DNA from: Oscillospiraceae bacterium
GTDB taxonomy: Bacteria; Bacillota; Clostridia; Oscillospirales; Ruminococcaceae
Assembly (NCBI GenBank): GCA_017541275.1
Contig: JAFXZM010000004.1
Span: 16,832-80,831 of the forward strand
Length of the DNA stretch: 64,000 bases
Reading direction: 5' to 3'
Shown here: piece by piece, positions 49,401-57,058 of the stretch
How positions within the stretch are numbered: position 1 is the first letter of the stretch
Layout: every line of letters starts with the position of its first letter
The notes under the pieces: generated by a model
What the model was told of the DNA's origin: nothing
The model's database searches: none
The model's input: the letters and a program-made list of their open reading frames with translations, nothing else
Translations under genes and position numbers: made by a program

Positions 49401-51641
49401 CAGGCATTTGTGGATAAGGATATCAATGCGCTGAGCTGCTCAACAACATTTGAAATGGGCGTGGACGTCGGCAGCCTCGAAACCGTGTATATGCGCAATA
49501 TTCCGCCAAGCCCGGCCAATTATGTGCAGAGAGCAGGACGCGCGGGCCGTTCCAGACAGTCTGCGGCGTATGTTCTGACCTATGCAAAGCTCTCGTCGCA
49601 TGATATGACCTTCTACGGGGCGCCGGAAACGATCATATCCGGCAGCATTCAGGCTCCGGTCTTTTCGATTCAGAATGAAAAGGTGGTCAACCGCCATATT
49701 TTCGCAGTCGCACTCAGCAAATTCTTTGCGTTGCATGAGGAAATCTATGACAGCGACAATCAGTCGGCGCTGCTGAATCATGGCGGATATGAGGTGCTGA
49801 AGGAATACCTTGCGGCAAAGCCGGAGGATCTCCGGCAGCTTTTGATGCTTTCGGTTCCGGAGGAGCTGCACAGTCTGCTCGGCATACCGGATTTTGGCTG
49901 GACGGAAAAGCTGGTCGGAAAAGACGGTGTTCTGGAGATTGCCGTGCAGGAATTCCGCGAGCAGATTGCAGTGCTGGAAAATGAGATCAAGCGGTGCGAT
50001 AAGCTGAAGGACAGAGAGGGCGCCGCAGCCGCAGAACGGTATCTGAAGGCGTTTCGCTGTGCAGAGGAAGACGGACGCCATAAAAAGCGGCTGATTGATT
50101 TTCTGGTGCGCAATAATGTGCTTCCCAAATACGGCTTCCCTGTTGATACCGTAGAATTGCAGCCCGCAAATGCATTCCGGCTGGAAAGCCGCGACACCCT
50201 GCAGCTTGCCCGCGATTTACAGCTTGCAATCGCAGAATATGCGCCCGGAGCCGAGGTAATTGCCGACGGAAAGATGTACACAAGCCGGTATATCCGGAAA
50301 ATGCCGGGAAAGGACAACTCGGCCGCATGGGAAAAAGGGTATTACTGTGAGTGTCCGTCGTGTCAGGAACCGAATTTCTCAAAGCGGTACGATACCAAGC
50401 TGAGCGGGGCAAAGTGCATCTCCTGTCTCAAGCTGATCGCACCGAAATCATGGAAGCCGACACTGGAACCGCGGCGCGGATTCTGGACAGACGGCAGCGA
50501 AAAGGATGTTCCGCTGCGAAAGCCGGAACGGGAGTATAAAACCGCGGATTATTATATCGGTGATATGGAGCGGCGGCGCCTGATGCGGACACGCTTCCTC
50601 GTAAATGATCTGGAAATTGAAATGGAATCCACCGCGAATGATTCGCTTGCCGTGGTCGGCCTGACGGATTACTATGTCTGCGAAAGCTGCGGATATGCTT
50701 CCGATACAGATTTTTCATCCGATCATAAGACGATGCGCGGATTCAAGTGCTCCAGCAAAAAGGAAACCCACAACCGCTACCGGTTATCCCATACCTTTAA
50801 GACCTTTGTGGCGAAAATTAAATTCTGCATTCCGGCCGCACAGGACGAGCAGACGATGCTTTCCGTCATGTACGCACTGCTGGAAGGGCTTTCCAGAGAG
50901 CTGTCCATCGAGCGAACCGATCTGAAGGGCTGTCTGCACAGAGAACCGCTTGAGGGCTGTCAGCGTCCTGTGTTTGCGGTCATTCTGTACGATGCAGTTG
51001 CAGGCGGCGCGGGTCATGTCCGCCGCATGGTCACAGAGGATGCCGCAGTATTCCGGCGGGTTCTGAAGCGTGCAATCGCCGTAGCGGAAGGATGCAGCTG
51101 CGATCCGTCCTGCTATCAATGCCTGCGGAATTACTACAATTCGCAGATACACGATCTGCTTGACCGGCGGCTTGCAGCGGATTTTCTGAAGCAGTGGGTC
51201 GGAGAATACGTACCGAAAGCAGCCGCGTCTGTGCAGACGGCAGATGCAGATGAAATACAGGCTGCATCGGGAGCGGAAGCCGTTTCGCCCTGCAAAATCC
51301 GGTTTAAGAATAACGGCCGGAATTTGCGCAATGTCCCGGCTCAGCAGGTCTGGGATACCGTACTGGGCGACTGCGCCGAAGAAGACATCGGCATCGTGCA
51401 GCAGCTCCGCGAAATGCATCACGGAGCCGGCGGGAACCCGTATTATCAGGCGTATTTCGTTTTCCCGGAAGTATCAGACCGGAAATGCAATGCCGCACTG
51501 ATCTGGGAGAAGCAAAAGGTAATTTTCTTTGTGAGTGACCAGTTCGAGGATTATGAATATGCGCTGAAAAGCGGCTGGCACTGCTTCTGCACCGCAGATA
51601 ATCCCGATCTGCATCAGATGATTCAAATAATAGGAGGATAA
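46443..51641 (+). CDS. DEAH-box SF2 helicase with multiple zinc ribbons and a DUF1998-type C-terminal domain (DruE-like)
   Basis: AAGGAGG RBS. Motif I TGTGSGKT (aa 117-124), Ia YPMNALANDQ, II DEAH (aa 257-260), III TSAT, VI QRAGRAGR. CxxC clusters at aa ~477-586 and later. DUF1998-like EGCSCDPSCYQCLRNYYN. Confidence 0.75.
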   Translation: MERFDPIQASEQIKECFIDYITTSFRMADDTYAELLREELRREGSIARGPYLDVSGSYKTGASLTELMKSGEVSPLFQALEPIPEHDRELKLLRPLYLHQEAALKKANAGKNLVVTTGTGSGKTECFLIPVLNALLREREQGPLTDAVRAIIIYPMNALANDQMKRMRKLLQKYPEITFGIYNGNTRHTEADARRDYKTANGKDAEPYTNELISRERMQKTPPHILITNYSMLEYMMLRPKDDNVFSGAKLRYIILDEAHIYKGTTGIETAMLMRRLRARISTRDTVQFILTSATLGGRDADMEIVRFAKTLCEVDFAPSDIVRSESALPPMTGMETYPPELFVQIAHREKPVAEVLADFSVPDYAPDGDDAEKCYALLLHSAQFHALILNTAEPVSMNRLCADMHGMTPSQLRDFISVCTYAEKDHVSLIKARYHFFVRALEGAYVTLNHPQKLFLQRRSLLTNPDGSQQTAFEIAVCRDCGRMALVGRESDGFLHQVSRKSERDPNACEYYLIADDSFQTIDDGASDLSEDEEAAGEDFSVCACCGKLGTKADIRFGAFCGCEKPEYVTLKRVLRTESGAAKCPACGFGALRAFYLGSDAATAVLGTELFEQLPDTELLPQEKKAKAPEGAGFGLFKPKALLPKKITKPLTRQFLCFSDSRSEAAYFANYMEKSYQEFLRRRAILQVADALRAQGQSEISVTAFVSRLIRFFDEKKTFEIWRPDGHQDSDALHIESERNAWIAVLNEMFNARRGTSLTALGRLSFEYQPNQEYISGVAEKYGLTEQESKDLLNQIAMYAVYTGAVNAGRQLALNAAEREYIFFSEYEKKLVLQKMSGMPSTITGWAGRKRSSGTYYPNSRMQRLSNTLGMTPEEADTFLEQYWNGVFQPEGAEYILSAEDFHIRFLGNPEFHFFRCRKCGGVTPYNARNRCASVRCDGTLEPIDPDAYFRNNHYLRLYQNPQMSSLQIKEHTAQLSKNHQTRYQQAFVDKDINALSCSTTFEMGVDVGSLETVYMRNIPPSPANYVQRAGRAGRSRQSAAYVLTYAKLSSHDMTFYGAPETIISGSIQAPVFSIQNEKVVNRHIFAVALSKFFALHEEIYDSDNQSALLNHGGYEVLKEYLAAKPEDLRQLLMLSVPEELHSLLGIPDFGWTEKLVGKDGVLEIAVQEFREQIAVLENEIKRCDKLKDREGAAAAERYLKAFRCAEEDGRHKKRLIDFLVRNNVLPKYGFPVDTVELQPANAFRLESRDTLQLARDLQLAIAEYAPGAEVIADGKMYTSRYIRKMPGKDNSAAWEKGYYCECPSCQEPNFSKRYDTKLSGAKCISCLKLIAPKSWKPTLEPRRGFWTDGSEKDVPLRKPEREYKTADYYIGDMERRRLMRTRFLVNDLEIEMESTANDSLAVVGLTDYYVCESCGYASDTDFSSDHKTMRGFKCSSKKETHNRYRLSHTFKTFVAKIKFCIPAAQDEQTMLSVMYALLEGLSRELSIERTDLKGCLHREPLEGCQRPVFAVILYDAVAGGAGHVRRMVTEDAAVFRRVLKRAIAVAEGCSCDPSCYQCLRNYYNSQIHDLLDRRLAADFLKQWVGEYVPKAAASVQTADADEIQAASGAEAVSPCKIRFKNNGRNLRNVPAQQVWDTVLGDCAEEDIGIVQQLREMHHGAGGNPYYQAYFVFPEVSDRKCNAALIWEKQKVIFFVSDQFEDYEYALKSGWHCFCTADNPDLHQMIQIIGG

Positions 51642-51645
51642 AAAT

Positions 51646-53379
51646 ATGGCAGTGATGTGTCCGGAAACTCCGCGGGAGTTTCACCCTGCAAGTCTGGAGG
51701 GAATGATGTTTCAGGCGCTTTCTGCGCTGCCGGACAGCTATTATGTATTTCATTCGTTCACAGTTATTCATACAGATGATGAAGGTCTCTCCGAGTGTGA
51801 GGTCGATTTCGTGATCTTTCATCCGGAAAAGGGCGTGCTGTGTATTGAGGCAAAGGCCGGCAATGTGCAGTATCAGAACGGAGAGTGGCTTTACGGAGAC
51901 GGAACCCCGATGCGGCACGGAGGGCCGTTCCGGCAGGCCAGCACCAACATGCATAATCTCATGGATTATATTGACGATTGCGGCTATGATTACATCCGGA
52001 AAAAATGCAAGTTCATGTTTGCCGTCTGGTTCCCCTCCGTGACGGAGGAGCAGTTCCGGAATGTCGTGCTGCCTGCGGATGCAGACCGCAGTCTGATTCT
52101 GTTCCGTGATTCCATCGAACAGATCAGCGACGAGATTGCGCGGATCTTTTCGATTCCGCTCCGGCAGCATAACGTACAGACAATGCTCGGCGCACGCGAT
52201 AAAACGCTGTTGCTGGAACGCATCTTTGCACCGCGGTTCGAGATCATTTCGATCACGACCATGGAACACACGCATAAAAAGCTGGTGTTCAAAACACTTC
52301 TGAAGGAACAGACTGCATTGCTCAACTATCTGGAGGAGCAGAACTGTGCCGTGATTAACGGTATGGCAGGAACCGGAAAAACACTGATTGCACTGGAAAA
52401 AGCAAGGCGGCATGCTGCAAAAGGTGAATCTGTGCTGTTCCTTTGCTATAACAAAAAGCTGAAGGAGCATCTTCGCACCTGCTATCCCCACGACTTCATC
52501 GAATACCATACGATCGACGGACTGGCCTGCAAGCTGTGCAATACGCCGTCTGCGGATTATCAGCTCTTTCAGGAAAAACTGGAGGACTACTATCTCGACG
52601 GCGGCTTCCCGTATCAGCATGTGATAATAGATGAAGGACAGGATTTCGGTCAGGAAAAGCTGGATGAGATTACGATTGTGGAATTGCTGCAAAGCATCAT
52701 CACGGAGCATGAGGAAGCAAACGGCACATTTTATGTGTTTTATGACAAAAACCAGCTTGTACAGGGCTCCCGGATTCCCGCCTGCATCGCAAATGCGGAG
52801 TGCCGTCTGACCCTCTACAGAAATTGCCGGAATACGGAAAATATCGCGATTGCTTCTATGCGGCTGCTCGGCTCAGAACGTCAGCCAAAGCTGTTCGCGG
52901 ATGCTGTGATCGGAGATACGCCCCTGTTGTTTATGGAGGAAGCGGCAAAGAAACAGGCAGCAGCGGTTCAGCAGTGTATCCGGCAGTTCGAGCAGTCCGG
53001 CTGCGAAAGCATTGTAATTCTGACGGTAAAAACCGAGGAAACCGGTTTGCTGCATGCGGACGCCGCACAGGGCATGTATTTATATCAGGGCAGGAAATAT
53101 CTGTATACAACCTGCCGGAAATTCAAAGGACTGGAAGCTGACGCAGTCATCCTGACCGATATTGAAGGAAATATGGACGCGGATGAGATCCGGAAGCTGA
53201 TTTATGTCGGTGCATCCAGAGCGAGGTTCCATCTGGCTCTGATTACCGGCCTGCGCGAAGCAGATTGCTGCGGTTTGCTTGACCGCATGGAGCTGAAGCA
53301 TACGAGACAGCCGAAAAAAGCGCTGGCGACAGCATTCAATGCAAAGCTCGCAGCGATTCAGGATGCTGTAACAGTGTGA
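51646..53379 (+). CDS. NERD-domain nuclease fused to an SF1 (UvrD-like) helicase
   Basis: AGGAGG RBS, 4 nt after the upstream stop. NERD core ECEVDFVIFHPEKGVLCIEAK. Walker A GMAGTGKT. IIDEGQDF. C-terminal KGLEADAVIL and YVGASRAR. Confidence 0.75.
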   Translation: MAVMCPETPREFHPASLEGMMFQALSALPDSYYVFHSFTVIHTDDEGLSECEVDFVIFHPEKGVLCIEAKAGNVQYQNGEWLYGDGTPMRHGGPFRQASTNMHNLMDYIDDCGYDYIRKKCKFMFAVWFPSVTEEQFRNVVLPADADRSLILFRDSIEQISDEIARIFSIPLRQHNVQTMLGARDKTLLLERIFAPRFEIISITTMEHTHKKLVFKTLLKEQTALLNYLEEQNCAVINGMAGTGKTLIALEKARRHAAKGESVLFLCYNKKLKEHLRTCYPHDFIEYHTIDGLACKLCNTPSADYQLFQEKLEDYYLDGGFPYQHVIIDEGQDFGQEKLDEITIVELLQSIITEHEEANGTFYVFYDKNQLVQGSRIPACIANAECRLTLYRNCRNTENIAIASMRLLGSERQPKLFADAVIGDTPLLFMEEAAKKQAAAVQQCIRQFEQSGCESIVILTVKTEETGLLHADAAQGMYLYQGRKYLYTTCRKFKGLEADAVILTDIEGNMDADEIRKLIYVGASRARFHLALITGLREADCCGLLDRMELKHTRQPKKALATAFNAKLAAIQDAVTV

Positions 53380-53407
53380 TTTTCGTTTTTCATATGCAAA
53401 AAACATT

Positions 53408-53438
53408 TGCGGGCCGGAGATATCATCTCCGGCCCGCA
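53408..53438. terminator. perfect 13-bp hairpin between convergent operons
   Basis: TGCGGGCCGGAGA-TATCA-TCTCCGGCCCGCA. The T run (AAATGTTTTTTGC) is on the minus-strand side. Confidence 0.7.
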
Positions 53439-53524
53439 TTGATAATGAGGCACTGCCAAAGGAACGGCGGCTATGGGATTCCGGTTTTGAAACAAGGCAC
53501 GCCGGAAACCGGCTCGGCGGGCTG

Positions 53525-56500
53525 CTAAGGCTTCTCCAGCAGCTTCAGAATCCGGCTCACATCCAGAACAGTCAGCATATCGTCCTGATCCATGTCAGCG
53601 GCTTTCAGGCCGGTATCGGAAATCGCAGCATCCTCGTCCTCCGCAATGTATTTGCAAAGCAGCTCGGCGTCCTCGGCAGAGACCGCTCCGTCCTGATTGA
53701 CGTCGCCGTACAAAATGCTGTCACCGGCTTTCTCAAAGATAAACCAATCCACATTCATGACATATTCCCCGTCGCCCTTGAACAGCAGACAGAGATCGTG
53801 TACGCCTTCTGTCGGTGTAATCTCGGTTTCAAACTGCTGATAATTCATCCAGTCGCCGGTCGGCGGACAGGTGATGCTGCCGATCAGCGTTCCATCATAC
53901 GGATCGTCCAGACGCAGCTCGACCGTGCCCTCATCCATGCCGGACGCCGCCATCCGGAATTTCGCCGCACCGCCGCCGAAATCGACGTTAAAATAGATTG
54001 CAAAATCGTACTGATTGATGTACCCGAGACAGGTAATCTCATCGGACTGCTGCACGGGCTCCATAATGTCCATCAGATCGGCGCTTTCCGCCTGAATGGT
54101 TTTGAATGCATTGCGGTTCTTCAGCGGATCAGGCACGGTTGTGGTCGTTTCGGTTGTTGTCTCAGTCGTGACGCTTGTTGTGATTTTCGGAATTTCGGAA
54201 ATCGCGACAAACGGGATACCGTTTTTCTTGGCATATTCCTGCGCATAGGAGCCTGCAATGCCCTTGATCGTCAGCTTTGCGTCATTTTCAAACGCATTAT
54301 CGGAAATGTAAGTGACGCTCTCAGGGATAATGACCTCACGCAGGTATTCACAGTTTGCGAATGCCCGATTGCTGATGTATTCCACGCCCTCTTCCAGCGT
54401 GACATAACAAAGACTGGTGCATTGATTGAAAGCCTGAACCGCAATAGCTTTTACGCTGCCCGGAATCGTGACTGCGGGAAATCCGCATCCCTGAAACGCG
54501 CAATCGTCAATGAATGTCAAGCTGTCCGGAAAATGCGGCTCATTGATACGGGAGCGCTCAAACGCATCTTTCCCGATATATGTTAAAGTATTCGGCATGA
54601 CTACATTATAGGGTCCCCAGTTTTGCGAATCATATGAGAACGCAGCATTGCCGATTTCCGTGACCCCCTCCGGAATCACAACTGTACCCTCGCAGCGTCT
54701 TCCGTCAATCACCACATTGTTTTCAATCACGAGCAGGATTTCGGGATTCTGCGCCTTATCCCACGCTGTTCCGGCGAATGCATTTTCTCCGATTTCCGTC
54801 AAACTGTCCGGGAGATTGATAACCGCAAGTTTTTCACATCCGTAAAACGCCTCCGCACCGATGCTGATTACACTGTCCGGAATGGTAATCTCGGTTATGC
54901 TTAAGTCACCGGAAAATGCATTATCGCCGATGATTTTTACGCCGTCCGGAATGGTGATTTCAGGCGTCCATTCCAGTCCGTTCGCCGCAGATCCGGCGAT
55001 ATTGACAACACCGTCCGGAATGACAAGCGGTTCCGTGGAGAATCTGCCGTTCGGTGTCTCGAATAAAACATGATTTTCAATCACATACGGATTTTCCGAA
55101 CTTTTTGCATCCTCCCATGGTGTTATTCCAAATGGACCGCTGCCGAATTTTGTCATGCTGTTCTCGATCGTGACAGAAGTGAGACTTGGGCACTGGCCAA
55201 ATGCAAAATCGCCGACGAACTCTACGGTTTTCGGAATCGTGATCGCGGTCAGCGCTCTGCAATAGGAAAATGCACCGGCGCCGATGATTTTCACATTTTT
55301 CGGAATGGTCACGCCTTCCAGCTTCAGGCATTCTGAAAAGGCATGGTCGCCGATTTCCGTCAGGCTGTCCGGAAGCGGAGCAGAGGTCAGACCGTTGCAT
55401 TTATAAAACGCCTCCTCGCCGATATACTCCACGCCCTCCTCAATGGCGGCGGTTTTCATGGCGTAGCATCCGCTGAACGCCTTTTTCCCGATGCTTTTCA
55501 CGGTGCCGGGAATTGTGAGCTTTTCCATGTGACAATCGCTGAACAGACCCTCCGGAATGCTTGTCATGCTTTTCGGAATCGTCACGCCGTCCCAGAGCAT
55601 ACAGTCTGCAAACGCATATTCGCCGATTTCAACCGCGCTTTCCGGGATTGTAACTCGGTTCAGGTTTTGGCAGTGATTGAATGCATTTGCGCCAATCTTC
55701 GTTACACTGTCCGGAATTGAAACGCTGTTCAGCTTTGTGCACCACAGGAATGCATTTTTACCGATCTCTGTCACGCCGTCCGGAATGGTAACGGAGGTCA
55801 GCTTGTCCTGCCGTGCAAACGCATTGATGCCGATTACGGTCACGCCGTCCGGAATGACAACATCGCCTTCACATTTGCCGGCGTCGATCAGAACATGGTT
55901 CACAATCACCATGCCCCCGTCCGTCTGCTGTGCAGCAAGCCACGGCGTTTCCCTGAACGCATCCTTATCAATGCCGGCTGCACTCCCCAGAATCGTGACA
56001 TCGGTCAGGTTCTCGCAGTACACAAAAGCTCTCTCGCTGATACTTGTCACGCTTTTCGGAATTGTAACGGAAGTGAGGCTTGTACAGCGTTGAAATGCCT
56101 CCCAGCCGATGCTTGTCACGCTCTCCGGAATTGTCACGGAGGTGAGGCTGCTGCAGGATGCAAACATACATTGTCCAATGCTTGTCACACTGTTCGGAAT
56201 CGTTACAGAAGCAAGATTATCGCAGTCACTAAATGCATAATCACCGATGTTTGTCACATTGTCCGGAATCGTCACGGACGCAAGGCTTTTGCATTGTCTG
56301 AACGCATACTCCCCGAAACTTGTCACACTGCTTGGAATTGTAACAGAGGCAAGGTTTTCACATCCAAAGAACGTGTAGTCTGCGATGCTTGTCACGCCCT
56401 CCGGAATTTTGATTTCGGTCAGGCTTTTGCAACCGAAAAAAGCCGCCGCCCCAATGCTCGTTACACTGTCCGGAATATTGATTTCGGCCAGATTTGTACA

Positions 56501-56884
56501 GTTGTAAAACGCATACGCGCCGATGCTTGTCACGGTATCCGGGAGCGTGACGGAGATAATATTGCTTTGGATTTCTCCGCCGTCGTTCTTGAAGAGATTA
56601 TCGGCAATGGAGGTTACACCCTCCGAAACAACGACCCTTTTGATGTTTTCATTCCACGAAAACGGGCTGGAATAATGAATATCAAAATTTCTCATCGGTC
56701 CTGTGCCGGTGATTGTCAGCGTGCCCTCATCGTCCAGCGTCCAGCGGTGATCCGGCCCCAGAAGCCCCTGCTCCGCCGCATTGGCGGTCAGCACGGCCTC
56801 CGGCAGCAGTTCCGGCGCCAGCGGCACGCTCACGAGGCACATGCCCGCGGCCGTCAGCAGGGAGAGCAGCTTTTTCAGTTTCAT
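53525..56884 (-). CDS. secreted BspA-type leucine-rich-repeat protein with CBM6-like module and C-terminal dockerin
   Basis: AGGAGG RBS. Signal peptide. More than 25 repeats of (V/I)TIPxSVTSIGxxAFxxCxxL. CBM6-like block (TIQAES...TGDWMNYQ...NVDWFIF). Dockerin loops GDVNQDGAVSAED and DMDQDDMLTVLD. Confidence 0.85.
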   Translation of the reverse strand: MKLKKLLSLLTAAGMCLVSVPLAPELLPEAVLTANAAEQGLLGPDHRWTLDDEGTLTITGTGPMRNFDIHYSSPFSWNENIKRVVVSEGVTSIADNLFKNDGGEIQSNIISVTLPDTVTSIGAYAFYNCTNLAEINIPDSVTSIGAAAFFGCKSLTEIKIPEGVTSIADYTFFGCENLASVTIPSSVTSFGEYAFRQCKSLASVTIPDNVTNIGDYAFSDCDNLASVTIPNSVTSIGQCMFASCSSLTSVTIPESVTSIGWEAFQRCTSLTSVTIPKSVTSISERAFVYCENLTDVTILGSAAGIDKDAFRETPWLAAQQTDGGMVIVNHVLIDAGKCEGDVVIPDGVTVIGINAFARQDKLTSVTIPDGVTEIGKNAFLWCTKLNSVSIPDSVTKIGANAFNHCQNLNRVTIPESAVEIGEYAFADCMLWDGVTIPKSMTSIPEGLFSDCHMEKLTIPGTVKSIGKKAFSGCYAMKTAAIEEGVEYIGEEAFYKCNGLTSAPLPDSLTEIGDHAFSECLKLEGVTIPKNVKIIGAGAFSYCRALTAITIPKTVEFVGDFAFGQCPSLTSVTIENSMTKFGSGPFGITPWEDAKSSENPYVIENHVLFETPNGRFSTEPLVIPDGVVNIAGSAANGLEWTPEITIPDGVKIIGDNAFSGDLSITEITIPDSVISIGAEAFYGCEKLAVINLPDSLTEIGENAFAGTAWDKAQNPEILLVIENNVVIDGRRCEGTVVIPEGVTEIGNAAFSYDSQNWGPYNVVMPNTLTYIGKDAFERSRINEPHFPDSLTFIDDCAFQGCGFPAVTIPGSVKAIAVQAFNQCTSLCYVTLEEGVEYISNRAFANCEYLREVIIPESVTYISDNAFENDAKLTIKGIAGSYAQEYAKKNGIPFVAISEIPKITTSVTTETTTETTTTVPDPLKNRNAFKTIQAESADLMDIMEPVQQSDEITCLGYINQYDFAIYFNVDFGGGAAKFRMAASGMDEGTVELRLDDPYDGTLIGSITCPPTGDWMNYQQFETEITPTEGVHDLCLLFKGDGEYVMNVDWFIFEKAGDSILYGDVNQDGAVSAEDAELLCKYIAEDEDAAISDTGLKAADMDQDDMLTVLDVSRILKLLEKP

Positions 56885-57013
56885 AAATCATACCTCCTGT
56901 CTGAGTATTCGTATCGGTTTATATAACGGTATTGTATATAGTATACCACAAAGCAGCGGAGAGTGCAATAGTTTTTCACAAACCGGCGAAAAAGTGCCTG
57001 TTTCATAAATTGG

Positions 57014-57051
57014 CAAAAAAGCACCGCCTGATGCAGCAGTCAGGCGGTGCT
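57014..57051 (-). terminator. rho-independent terminator after the CotH gene
   Basis: Minus strand: AGCACCGCCTGA-8 nt-TCAGGCGGTGCT followed by TTTTTT. Confidence 0.75.
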
Positions 57052-57058
57052 TGTTGTA

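Noticed and set aside
46443-51641. Housekeeping MrfA/YprA-type DNA-repair helicase (also DEAD/DEAH plus DUF1998)
   Set aside because: At 1732 aa it is more than twice the length I recall for MrfA. It carries many extra Zn-ribbon insertions and a C-terminal tail. It is flanked by a domainless giant ORF and a NERD helicase rather than an MrfB-like exonuclease. This cannot be fully excluded without profile searches.
43438-53379. DISARM system (DrmA/DrmB/DrmC plus methyltransferase)
   Set aside because: No methyltransferase, PLD-domain or SNF2 gene lies in or next to the operon. The helicase and DUF1998 domains are fused in a single polypeptide, as in DruE.
53525-56884. Regular repetition of about 69 nt that could be mistaken for a tandem repeat or CRISPR-like array
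   Set aside because: The repeats are in-frame 23-aa LRR units of one long ORF that has an RBS, a signal peptide and C-terminal domains. There is no spacer/repeat architecture.
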